DNA of 64,000 nucleotides. Source: Holophagales bacterium. Its GTDB lineage: Bacteria; Acidobacteriota; Holophagae; Holophagales; Holophagaceae. A model generated the notes under the pieces. That model was not told where the DNA came from, searched no databases, and saw only the letters and a list, made by a program, of their open reading frames with translations. Position 1 is the first letter of the stretch, and the number at the start of each line of letters is the position of its first letter. Where the stretch lies: NCBI GenBank assembly GCA_041908165.1, contig JAYRFV010000065.1, forward strand, positions 11,954 to 75,953, written 5' to 3'. The position numbers and the translations under genes are program-made. Shown here piece by piece: positions 52,497 to 62,686 of the stretch.

Positions 52497-53305
52497 GACC
52501 CGGTCCTCGCCGCGGCGATGCGCCTGAGGAAGCCGGCCGGGTCGGCGCTGCGCATCAGCGCCTCGCCGATCAGCACCGCATCGAAGCCGGCCTCGAAGGA
52601 GGCGGCCGCGTCGCCGGGGGCGGCGAGACCGGATTCGCGCACCAGCACGGCGTCGGGGAAGGCCTCCCGGAGCGCGTCCGAGCCGGGGCTGCCGAGGGTG
52701 AAGGTGGCCAGGTCGCGGGCATTGATGCCGACCACCCGGGCCTGGGCGGCCTGGGCGAAGGGGACCTCGGTGAGGTCGTGCAGTTCCACCAGCGGCTCCA
52801 GTCCGAGGTCGCGCACCGCCTCGGCGAACCCGGCGGTGTGGCCGCGCAGCACGCGGGCGATCAGCAGCACCGCGGCGGCGCCGCAGGCGGCCGCCTCCTG
52901 CACCTGGGCGGCGGAGATCACGAAGCCCTTGTAGAGGCAGGGCGGGCCGAGGGCGGCGGCGCGGCGCAGGTCCGCCGCCGAGCCGAGGAAGTGTGCCGGT
53001 TCCACCAGGATGGAGAAGGCGGCGGCGCCACCCTCCTGGTAGGCCCGCAGCCGCTCCAGCAGCGGCGTCCCGGCCGCGAAAGGCCCCAGCGAAGGCGATC
53101 CCTGCTTGTATTCCGCGATCACGGCACGGCCGGCGGCGGCACGCAGGGCGGCCTCGAAGCGGCCGGTCGCCGGCCGCACGGCGGGCGGGGGCGGCGGGAC
53201 GAAGCCGTCGAGCCGGCCCAGCTCGCTGCGCAGCACCCGCTGCAGGTGGGAGGCCGGAGGCAGGCCGGCGGCCTCCACCAGGGCGTGGGGGTCGGGCAGG
53301 CTCAT
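52493..53305 (-). CDS. trpC: Indole-3-glycerol phosphate synthase
   Basis: AVIAEYKQGSPSLG, FSILVEPAHFLGS, LYKGFVI, VGINARDL. Confidence 0.92.
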   Translation of the reverse strand: MSLPDPHALVEAAGLPPASHLQRVLRSELGRLDGFVPPPPPAVRPATGRFEAALRAAAGRAVIAEYKQGSPSLGPFAAGTPLLERLRAYQEGGAAAFSILVEPAHFLGSAADLRRAAALGPPCLYKGFVISAAQVQEAAACGAAAVLLIARVLRGHTAGFAEAVRDLGLEPLVELHDLTEVPFAQAAQARVVGINARDLATFTLGSPGSDALREAFPDAVLVRESGLAAPGDAAASFEAGFDAVLIGEALMRSADPAGFLRRIAAARTGS

Positions 53306-54345
53306 TCGGCGGTCTCCAGCAGGTGCGGCAGGGGCAGCGGGAAGCCGCGCTCCAGGCCGGCGCGCACCTCCAGGAGCCGGGCGGGGAGCTGGTCCAGCTC
53401 CTGGCCGTGGTGCAGCAGCAGCCCGAGTCCGGTCTGCAGGGCGACGGCGTCGGCCACCGCCGGCCGGAAATCGGCGGAGGCGGCGCCGGCGTGGAGGCCC
53501 AGCGCCACCCGCAGGGCCTCGGCGCGGTCGCCCACCGCCAGCGCCTCTCGAGGCGGGACGACCAGGCCGAGATCGCGCGGAACCAGCACCTGCACCGGCA
53601 GCACCCGGACACCGCGCACCTCCAGCACCCGGGTGGGGCCTTCGATGGAGGGCTCGTCCATGCCGGCCCCCTCGGCGTCCTTGCCGTGCACCACGAAGGC
53701 GCGCTGCACGCCGCGGGTGGCCAGGGCCTCGGCCATCGGCGCCAGCAGGTCCTCGCGAGCCACGCCGAGCACCATGTAGGCCGGATGGCCGGGGTTCAGC
53801 AGCGGCCCAAGCAGGTTGAAGATGGTCGGGATGCCGAGCCGCCGGCGGATCTCCCGCAGCCTGCCCAGCAGGGGATGGTAGGCGGGGGCGAACAGGAACG
53901 CGAAGCGGCCCCGGCGCAGGTCGGACTGCAGGGCGGCCGCCGGCCGGTTGAGGTCGCAGCCCAGCGCCTCGAGCAGGTCGGCGGCGCCGCAGACCCCGGT
54001 GGCGGCGCGGTTGCCATGCTTGAGCACCGGAGCGCCGAAGTGCGCCAGGGCCAGGGCCGAGAGGGTGCTGAGGTTGGCGGTGGAGCGGCCGCCGCGGCTG
54101 TCGCCGCCGGTGCCGACCACGTCCACGGTGGAGAGCCCGCTGTCGGGGAACGGCACCGACACCGCCGCAAGCGCGTCGGCGAAGGCCGCAAGTTCGTGCG
54201 CCTCCGGGGTGCGCTGGGCCAGCAGGGCCAGGCAGGCGCCCACCAGCAGGGCGTCGGTGTCCTGGTCGATGAACATGTCCATCAGTTCCCGGGCGGTGGC
54301 GGCCGGCAGGGGGCGGATCGGATTGTGGGTGGTCAGCAGCGTCAT
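53302..54345 (-). CDS. trpD: Anthranilate phosphoribosyltransferase
   Basis: VDVVGTGGDS, LKHGNRAATGVCGAADLLEALG. Start at the Met at 54345, 1 nt after the trpG stop. Confidence 0.92.
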   Translation of the reverse strand: MTLLTTHNPIRPLPAATARELMDMFIDQDTDALLVGACLALLAQRTPEAHELAAFADALAAVSVPFPDSGLSTVDVVGTGGDSRGGRSTANLSTLSALALAHFGAPVLKHGNRAATGVCGAADLLEALGCDLNRPAAALQSDLRRGRFAFLFAPAYHPLLGRLREIRRRLGIPTIFNLLGPLLNPGHPAYMVLGVAREDLLAPMAEALATRGVQRAFVVHGKDAEGAGMDEPSIEGPTRVLEVRGVRVLPVQVLVPRDLGLVVPPREALAVGDRAEALRVALGLHAGAASADFRPAVADAVALQTGLGLLLHHGQELDQLPARLLEVRAGLERGFPLPLPHLLETAE

Positions 54346-54346
54346 G

Positions 54347-54937
54347 TCAGGCTCCGCCAGCAAGGGTCCGGGCCAGGCCCAGGAAGTTCCGGATCATCGC
54401 CGGGCCGTCGGGGGTGAGGATGCTTTCCGGATGGAACTGCACCGCCCAGCGCGGCAGGCTCCGGTGACGGAGGGCCATGATCTCGCCGAGCGGGCTGGTC
54501 CCGGCGACAACCCAGCAGGCCGGCAGCGATTCCGGTTCGGCGATCAGGCTGTGGTAACGGCCCACCGGCAGGCCCGCCGGCAGGCCGGCGAACAGGTCCC
54601 GGCCATCGTGCTGCAGCGGCGTGGCTTCGCCGTGCAGGGGCTCGCGGGCGCGGACCACCCGGCCGCCCGAGGCCGCCACCAGCGCCTGCTGGCCCAGGCA
54701 CACGCCGAGCATCGGCACCGCCCAGTCCGACCCGGCCAGGGCCATGTGCGCCGGGCTCTCGGTGGGGTGTCCCGGCCCGGGCGACAGCACCACCGCCGCC
54801 GGGGCCAGAGCCTTGGCCTCGGCCAGGCCGATGGCGTCGTGGCGCACCACCCGCACCTCCGTTCCTAGCGTCTCGAAGGCCTGCACCAGGTTGTAGGTGA
54901 AGGAATCCAGGGCATCGATCAGCAGGATCACCGGCAC
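54347..54937 (-). CDS. trpG: Anthranilate synthase component II (glutamine amidotransferase)
   Basis: ILLIDALDSFTYNLVQAF, GVCLGQQAL, VQFHPESILT. GTG start (54937 or 54931) overlaps the trpE stop. Confidence 0.9.
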   Translation of the reverse strand: MPVILLIDALDSFTYNLVQAFETLGTEVRVVRHDAIGLAEAKALAPAAVVLSPGPGHPTESPAHMALAGSDWAVPMLGVCLGQQALVAASGGRVVRAREPLHGEATPLQHDGRDLFAGLPAGLPVGRYHSLIAEPESLPACWVVAGTSPLGEIMALRHRSLPRWAVQFHPESILTPDGPAMIRNFLGLARTLAGGA

Positions 54938-56319
54938 ACCTCCTCGAGGTCGACGCCCAGGGCTTCGGCCACCGCGCCCATCTTGGCGAGGGTCTCCTGG
55001 TACTCCTTGGCCGGCACCGAGGCGCGGACGATGCCGGCACCCGCCTGCAGCCAGGCGGCGCCGGCGGCGTAGAGGGCGGTGCGCAGGATCAGCGCGGTGT
55101 CGAGGGCGCCGTCGGCACCATAGCGCAGCAGGGCGCCTCCGTAGGGCCCGCGCAGCTCGCCCTCCATCTCGGCGATGCGCTGGGCGGCGCGGATCTTCGG
55201 CGCGCCGCTGACGGTGCCGGCCGGGAATGCGGAGGCCAGCACGTCGAAGGCGTCCAGGCCCGGCTTGAGCGTGGCCTTGACGGTGGTGGTCAGGTGCAGG
55301 ACGTGGCTGGTGCGCTGCAGCGCCAGTGGCTGCTCCACCCGCACCCCGCCGGGCACGGCGATCCGGCCCAGGTCGTTGCGCGCCAGGTCCACCAGCATCT
55401 GGTGCTCGGCCAGTTCCTTGGGGTCGCTCCGGAGCGCCTCGAAGCGGGCGGCGTCCTCCGCCTCGCTGGCGCCGCGCGGCACCGTGCCGGCGATCGGCAG
55501 GGTCTCGGCCTCGCCCGCCTGGACCCGCACCAGCATTTCCGGCGAGGCGCCCACCAGGGCCAGCCCGTCCCACTCCAGCAGGTAGCCGTAGGGGCTCGGG
55601 TTGAGCCGGCGCAGCCGCCGGTAGGCCTCCAGCGGGGCCGGCGCGCCGTCCACCCGGATCCGCTGGCTGGGCACCAGCTGGTAGACGTCGCCGTCGAGGA
55701 TCCGCTCCTGGGTGCGGCGGACCATGGCCTCGAAGGCCTCCCGGGTGGTCTGCGCGGTGGCCCGGGGACGCTCCGCTGCGGCCGGGCCCGGGAAATGCGG
55801 GTCGCGCAGGAGCGCAGCCCAGGCCGCCAGCCGCTCGAAGCCGGCGAGCTCGCCTCCGGCCTCCGTCAGCAGCTGCAGTTCCGCCACCTGGTGCAGGTGG
55901 TCGAGCACCAGCGCCCCGCGGTAGCTGCGCGCCCACACGCTGGGCAGGCCCAGGCTGTTGCGCGCCGGCAGCGGCAGGCTGGGCTCCAGGGCGGCCAGGG
56001 CCTCGAAGCCCACGTAGCCGGCCAGGCCGGCACCCACCGGCATGGGTGCGCGTCCGGGGCCGACCTCGCTGGCAGGGTCCAGACGGTCGCCCTGCACCGG
56101 CGCCCCCGCCAGCGCCCGCAGCGCCTCCGGCCAGCCGGTCGCGCGCGGCTCCAGCCGCAGCTCGGCGCCCGGGTCCAGGAGCACGAAGCTGTGCCGGCCG
56201 ACGCGCTCGCCCAGGTCGCAGGATTCCAGCAGCAGGCTGGCCCCGGCCTCGCGCAGGGACAGGTAGGCCGACAGCGGCGTGATCAGGTCGGCGGGAAGGC
56301 GGTGGCGGAGCAGCAGCAT
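54928..56319 (-). CDS. trpE: Anthranilate synthase component I
   Basis: 463 aa. LLESCD...RHSF, GTVSGAPKIRA, GGALLRYGADGALDTALILRT chorismate-binding core. Confidence 0.93.
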   Translation of the reverse strand: MLLLRHRLPADLITPLSAYLSLREAGASLLLESCDLGERVGRHSFVLLDPGAELRLEPRATGWPEALRALAGAPVQGDRLDPASEVGPGRAPMPVGAGLAGYVGFEALAALEPSLPLPARNSLGLPSVWARSYRGALVLDHLHQVAELQLLTEAGGELAGFERLAAWAALLRDPHFPGPAAAERPRATAQTTREAFEAMVRRTQERILDGDVYQLVPSQRIRVDGAPAPLEAYRRLRRLNPSPYGYLLEWDGLALVGASPEMLVRVQAGEAETLPIAGTVPRGASEAEDAARFEALRSDPKELAEHQMLVDLARNDLGRIAVPGGVRVEQPLALQRTSHVLHLTTTVKATLKPGLDAFDVLASAFPAGTVSGAPKIRAAQRIAEMEGELRGPYGGALLRYGADGALDTALILRTALYAAGAAWLQAGAGIVRASVPAKEYQETLAKMGAVAEALGVDLEEVCR

Positions 56320-56345
56320 GGGGGACTCGGGTCTGGGATCAGGCG

Positions 56346-56380
56346 GCAGGAAAGGAAAAGCCCGGCGCTGAGGCCGGGCT
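56346..56380 (-). terminator. Rho-independent terminator (attenuator) 26 nt upstream of the trpE start
   Basis: Minus-sense AGCCCGGC-cucagc-GCCGGGCU followed by UUUCCUUUCCU. No gene lies upstream on this strand, so it can only act within the trpE 5' leader. Confidence 0.75.
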
Positions 56381-56400
56381 CGGAAGGGTGTCGGGGTCCG

Positions 56401-56499
56401 CTAGAGGCGTTCCGCCGCACCGTCCGAGCCCATTCGCCACCCCCAGCCCTGGGGGGCCCGGTGGCGGAGGTTCGCGGCGACGGACGGCATGGGATGCAT
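56401..56499 (-). CDS. Putative trp leader peptide (32 aa) with two Trp codons
   Basis: Manual translation: MHPMPSVAANLRHRAPQGWGWRMGSDGAAERL*. TGG codons at 56443-56445 and 56437-56439. Stop lies 20 nt upstream of the terminator. GGGCUCGG (56424-56431) can pair with CCGAGCCC, which overlaps the terminator 5' arm (56376-56383). Confidence 0.55.
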   Translation of the reverse strand: MHPMPSVAANLRHRAPQGWGWRMGSDGAAERL

Positions 56500-56602
56500 T
56501 CAACCCCGGAGGCGGGGCCCCCGTCAACCGGAAAGGCGGCCGGGCGCAAAGGGGACCCGCAGGCTCCGCCGGGTGTGGTTCCATGGAAGTGGAAGACCAC
56601 GC

Positions 56603-57607
56603 ATGGAAGTCCCTGCACCCCCCGATGAGAACCTCCCCGAGCGTCCAGCGCGCCTGAGCCTGGACGATCCGCTGGCGCCGCGACGGCCGTGGTCCTTCTG
56701 GAGGGAGGCTCTCCCGGGAGGATTCCACTTCTGGGGGCGGCAGTTCATCGCCGGATGGCTGCTGTTCCAGGTCCTGACCTCCGCCGTGTGGGCCCTCCAC
56801 CTGAAGGCCCACGCCGGATTCGGCCTGGGCCACCCCGGCGGCAGCGGCCTGACCAACCACTGGGGGGAGATGCTCAGCGCCCGCGCCGTCTGGGAGTTGC
56901 TGGAGAATGGCGGCCTCAAGAACGACATCCTCGGCACCGCGACGCCGGTCATCGCCGCCTTCGGCCTCGGCTGGCTGCTCTGGTCGGGCTGGCGCCTCCA
57001 GGCGGAGGCCGCCGGCGTACCCGGGCGGGCGGGTCCATGGCTGATGGGGTTCCTCGATGCGCTGCTCATCGGCACCCTGCCGCTGGCCCTGGCCGCCGCG
57101 CCGCTGCTCTGGGGGCTGGGCAGGCTGGCCGAACTGGGCTTCGCCACCCTCGGCTGGCTGAACCTGGCCGGCGGCACGGTGCTTCGCGCCGCGGTGGTCT
57201 CCGCGCTGCTGCTGCAGTGGTGGCTGTGCCGGCTGAACCGGGCCGCAAGCCCCTCCGGCGGATGGCGCCTCGGCTCCTGGGAGGCCTACGGCCGCCACCT
57301 GGCTGCTTCCTTCCTCGCCTTGTGGCGGCATCCGATCCACTGGGGCACCCTCCTGGTCGCCGGTGCGGCGCTGCGGCTCGGGCTCTCCGGACTCGTCCTG
57401 GGGCTAGGCTGGCGAATGGGGGGAGGTTCGACCGGCCGGGTCTGGCTGTTCCTGCTCCTGCAGGCCCTGGCCACCGCCGCCGGCGCCTGGCTGATCGGCT
57501 GGTTCCTGCGCCTGACCGGCCTCCACTGGGCCCAGGACCGGAAGGTGGCCCTGGCCCGCACCGAACTCGAAACCCGCTTCGGGGATTCCCATGCTGCCGC
57601 GACCTAG
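56603..57607 (+). CDS. Polytopic membrane protein, unknown function (Trp/Leu/Gly-rich)
   Basis: MEVPAPPDENL..., then multiple hydrophobic segments (FIAGWLLFQVLTSAVWAL, VIAAFGLGWLLWSGW, LLIGTLPLALAAAPLLWGL ...). No family recognised. Confidence 0.6.
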   Translation: MEVPAPPDENLPERPARLSLDDPLAPRRPWSFWREALPGGFHFWGRQFIAGWLLFQVLTSAVWALHLKAHAGFGLGHPGGSGLTNHWGEMLSARAVWELLENGGLKNDILGTATPVIAAFGLGWLLWSGWRLQAEAAGVPGRAGPWLMGFLDALLIGTLPLALAAAPLLWGLGRLAELGFATLGWLNLAGGTVLRAAVVSALLLQWWLCRLNRAASPSGGWRLGSWEAYGRHLAASFLALWRHPIHWGTLLVAGAALRLGLSGLVLGLGWRMGGGSTGRVWLFLLLQALATAAGAWLIGWFLRLTGLHWAQDRKVALARTELETRFGDSHAAAT

Positions 57608-58385
57608 TGCCTGCCTCCTGCTCTGCCTGCCGCTGCTGGCGCAGAGTCCCGAACTCCGCCGCGCCGAATCGCGGCCGGTCAACGAATCGGTCGCGGAGGA
57701 CGCGGACCTGCTGAAGGTCATCGAGCCGGCACGGAAGGAGATCCTCGCGGGCTTCGGCAAGGTGATCGCCCAGGCCCCCAACGGCCTGTTCCGCGGCCGG
57801 GCCGGCGAGGAGAACCTGCTCGGGTACTGGATCGCCGACGCCATGAGGGTCCGGGCCACGGCGCTGGTGGGAAGCCCGGTCAAGTTCGCCTTCACCAACG
57901 GCGGGGGCATCCGCGGCAACGTCAAGGCGGGCGACGTGAAGGTGGGGGACATCTTCGAGGTGATGCCCTTCGAGAACGAGATGGTCATCGTCGAGCTGAC
58001 CGGGGCCGAAGTCGTCCAGGTGCTCAAGGAGTCCTTCCTGCGCCGCGCCGGAGAACCCTCCTCGGGCGTGAAGGCAAGCCTTTCCGGCAGCCCCGACGCG
58101 GCGGTGCTGACCGTCACCTGGAGCGACGGCAGCGCGATCGCCCCGGACGAGGTGGTCAAGGTCGCCACGTCCGACTACCTGTACGGCGGCGGCGACTCCA
58201 TCCCCACGTTGAAGAAGGGTCGGCGGCCCTACACCACGGGCCTGGCCCTCCGCCAGGTCCTGCTCGATGTGTGCGAGGAGCACGGCAAGGCCGGCAAGCC
58301 GCTGCAGCCGCCCCCGGGCGGCCGCTACGCCGTCCCGCCCGAACTGTTCCAGTCGATCCGCGACCGCAAGCTGAAGTTCCCCTGA
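57591..58385 (+). CDS. 5'-nucleotidase C-terminal (substrate-binding) domain protein, exported
   Basis: Signal MLPRPSACLLLCLPLLAQS. NLLGYWIADAMR, FTNGGGIRGNV, GDIFEVMPFENEMVIVELTG, TSDYLYGGGD. Confidence 0.8.
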   Translation: MLPRPSACLLLCLPLLAQSPELRRAESRPVNESVAEDADLLKVIEPARKEILAGFGKVIAQAPNGLFRGRAGEENLLGYWIADAMRVRATALVGSPVKFAFTNGGGIRGNVKAGDVKVGDIFEVMPFENEMVIVELTGAEVVQVLKESFLRRAGEPSSGVKASLSGSPDAAVLTVTWSDGSAIAPDEVVKVATSDYLYGGGDSIPTLKKGRRPYTTGLALRQVLLDVCEEHGKAGKPLQPPPGGRYAVPPELFQSIRDRKLKFP

Positions 58386-58413
58386 ACCGCGCCCGCCCCC
58401 TGCCGAGAATTCC

Positions 58414-59385
58414 ATGGAACGCCGATCCTTCCTCGCCGCAACCGCCACCCTCGCCGGTGCCCCCTTCGTGCTCCGCGGCGCGGATCCGGCGCCCTCCGGC
58501 CGGATCACCCTGCTGCACACCAACGACACCCACTCGCGCATCGAGCCTTTCGGTCCGGGCATGGGCAGCCTCACCGGCCGTGGCGGCATTGCCCGCCGCG
58601 CCACCCTGGTCCGCCAGCTGCGCAAGGACCTGGGCCCGGTGCTGCTGCTGGACGCCGGCGACGTCTTCCAGGGCACGCCCTACTACAACCTGTACAAGGG
58701 CCGCCTCGACTACAAGCTGATGAGCCTGGCCGGCTACGACGCCGGCACCCTCGGCAACCACGATTTCGACTCCGGGGTGGAGGCGCTCCTCGCCGCCCTG
58801 GAGGAGGCGAAATTCCCCATGCTGAACTGCAACTTCGACTGCAAGGGCGCCCCGGCCCTGGGCAAGCGCCTGCGGCCCTGGCTGGTGCGCGAGTTCCCGG
58901 GCGTCAGGGTCGGGCTCACCGGCGTGGGCGTGGACTTCCGCAACCTGGTCTCACCCCGCAACCACGCCGGCGTGACCTGGAAGGACCCCTACGAAAGCCT
59001 CAAGCCGATGGTCCGGCACCTCCGCGAGAAGGAGAAGGTCGACCTGGTGGTGGTGCTCTCCCACCTGGGCCACGATTCCAAGGGCGAGCGCCACGACGAC
59101 CTGAAGATGCCCGCCGCCGTGCCCGGCATCGACGCCATCATCGGCGGCCATTCCCACACCTTCCTGGATGAGCCGGTGAAGGTGCCCACCGTCGCCGGAA
59201 GCACCCTGATCTTCCAGGTCGGCTTCGGAGGCGTGAACCTGGGCCGTCTGGATTTCACCTTGGTGAAAGGCGCGGTCAAGGGTGCCAGCGGCGCCGCCCT
59301 GGGGGTCGACCGGGGCTGGGACTGCCGCTGCGGCGGCAAGGGCTGCCCGGTCTGCGCGCAGCTGCCCGCACCGGCTTTGGGCTGA
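58414..59385 (+). CDS. Calcineurin-like metallophosphoesterase (5'-nucleotidase N-terminal domain) with Tat signal and Cys-rich tail
   Basis: MERRSFLAATATLAGAPFVL. LLHTNDTHSR, DAGDVFQGT, GNHDFD, SHLG, GGHSHT. Tail WDCRCGGKGCPVC. Confidence 0.82.
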   Translation: MERRSFLAATATLAGAPFVLRGADPAPSGRITLLHTNDTHSRIEPFGPGMGSLTGRGGIARRATLVRQLRKDLGPVLLLDAGDVFQGTPYYNLYKGRLDYKLMSLAGYDAGTLGNHDFDSGVEALLAALEEAKFPMLNCNFDCKGAPALGKRLRPWLVREFPGVRVGLTGVGVDFRNLVSPRNHAGVTWKDPYESLKPMVRHLREKEKVDLVVVLSHLGHDSKGERHDDLKMPAAVPGIDAIIGGHSHTFLDEPVKVPTVAGSTLIFQVGFGGVNLGRLDFTLVKGAVKGASGAALGVDRGWDCRCGGKGCPVCAQLPAPALG

Positions 59386-59456
59386 ACCCGCGGCGGGCCC
59401 GCCGCGGCTGTTGATCCCGGCTTCCACGCATGGGAGCCTGGAAGCCGACACCCTGA

Positions 59457-61694
<2,238 letters not shown>

Positions 61695-61711
61695 CTGCGG
61701 ATCCAGCGGAT

Positions 61712-62656
61712 TCAAGGGCCCGCCATCGCGGGCCCTGTTCCATGCTGCCGCGGCTGCCAGCGGGCCAGCCGGGAGGCGGCCCAGGCGCCCCATCCGCCCG
61801 CCAGCCGGCTGCTGGCTTCGCAGTGGCCGGCGCCGGGCACCACCGTCAGGTCGGGCACGCCCAGGGCAAGGACGCCGGCCACGGGCGTATCGCGGTCGGC
61901 CCCGCCGGTGACCACCGCCAGCGGGGTCCGCAGGCCCCGCGCCGCCCTCCGCGGTGAGACCGCCGCCGGGTCGAACCGGGCGAGCCGGCCGGCCCGGCCC
62001 AGGGCCAGCCATTCCGCGGGCCGCGCCAGGACCTCGAAGGGTCCGAGCGTTCCCCGGAGGTGGTCACGGGTGGCCGCCTGCAGGTCCTCGAAGGGGCACT
62101 CGAGCAGGGCGCCCCCCAGCGGGCCGCCGTCGCGCTCCAGGTCCTCGAGGGCGAGCAGCGCCACGGCCGCGCCCATGCTCCACCCGGCCAGGATGATGCG
62201 GCCACGCTGGACACCTTCGGCCTGGAGGTCCTTCACCACTGCGGCCACATCCTGGCGCTCCCAGCCACCCAGGGTGCAGGCGGCGGCGGGATCGCGGTCG
62301 CGGCCCCGGAAGCTGAAGCCCACCGCGTCCCAGTCGGCCAGCTCGGCGGCGCGGCCCAGGGTGCCCCAGGCGTCGTCGCCGAAGCCGTGGAGGTAGATGA
62401 CGACACCCCGCGATCCCGTCCGCTGCAGCCTCCAGACCTCCAGCGGGCGGCCCTCGCCGCCGAGCACCCGGACCTGTTTCCAGAGGGCCCCGCCCGAGGC
62501 CAGCCGCGCCCGGATCGCGGCGCGTTCGGTTTCGGTCCGAGCCGGCACGGGCCCCGCAAGCAGCAGCGGCGGCAGCAGCCAGTATCCGGCCACCAGGGTG
62601 GCCAGGATCCAGAGGACCAGGGCCAGCACGGCGACGAGCAGGGAACGGCGGCGCAT
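61712..62656 (-). CDS. Membrane-anchored alpha/beta hydrolase
   Basis: N-terminal TM. VVIYLHGFGDD, nucleophile elbow GWSMGA, C-terminal GAGH. Confidence 0.75.
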   Translation of the reverse strand: MRRRSLLVAVLALVLWILATLVAGYWLLPPLLLAGPVPARTETERAAIRARLASGGALWKQVRVLGGEGRPLEVWRLQRTGSRGVVIYLHGFGDDAWGTLGRAAELADWDAVGFSFRGRDRDPAAACTLGGWERQDVAAVVKDLQAEGVQRGRIILAGWSMGAAVALLALEDLERDGGPLGGALLECPFEDLQAATRDHLRGTLGPFEVLARPAEWLALGRAGRLARFDPAAVSPRRAARGLRTPLAVVTGGADRDTPVAGVLALGVPDLTVVPGAGHCEASSRLAGGWGAWAASRLARWQPRQHGTGPAMAGP

Positions 62657-62686
62657 GCCCCGGCTACGGGGCAGCCGCCGAGCCGG

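Noticed and set aside
56283-56618. 111 aa ORF, and a 26-codon ORF starting at 56604 (MRGLPLPWNHTRRSLRVPFAPGRLSG), as the trp leader peptide
   Set aside because: The 111 aa ORF runs through the terminator into trpE and is low-complexity. The 26-codon ORF has a single Trp, ends about 140 nt before the terminator, and its ATG overlaps the divergent gene start. The 32-codon W-G-W ORF at 56401-56499 fits attenuation geometry much better.
61715-61736. Hairpin agggcccgc-catc-gcgggccct as a terminator shared by icd and the convergent hydrolase
   Set aside because: It lies inside the last codons of the hydrolase ORF (encoding GPAMAGP) and lacks a convincing U-tract on either strand. It may still act as a terminator, but I cannot support it from sequence alone.
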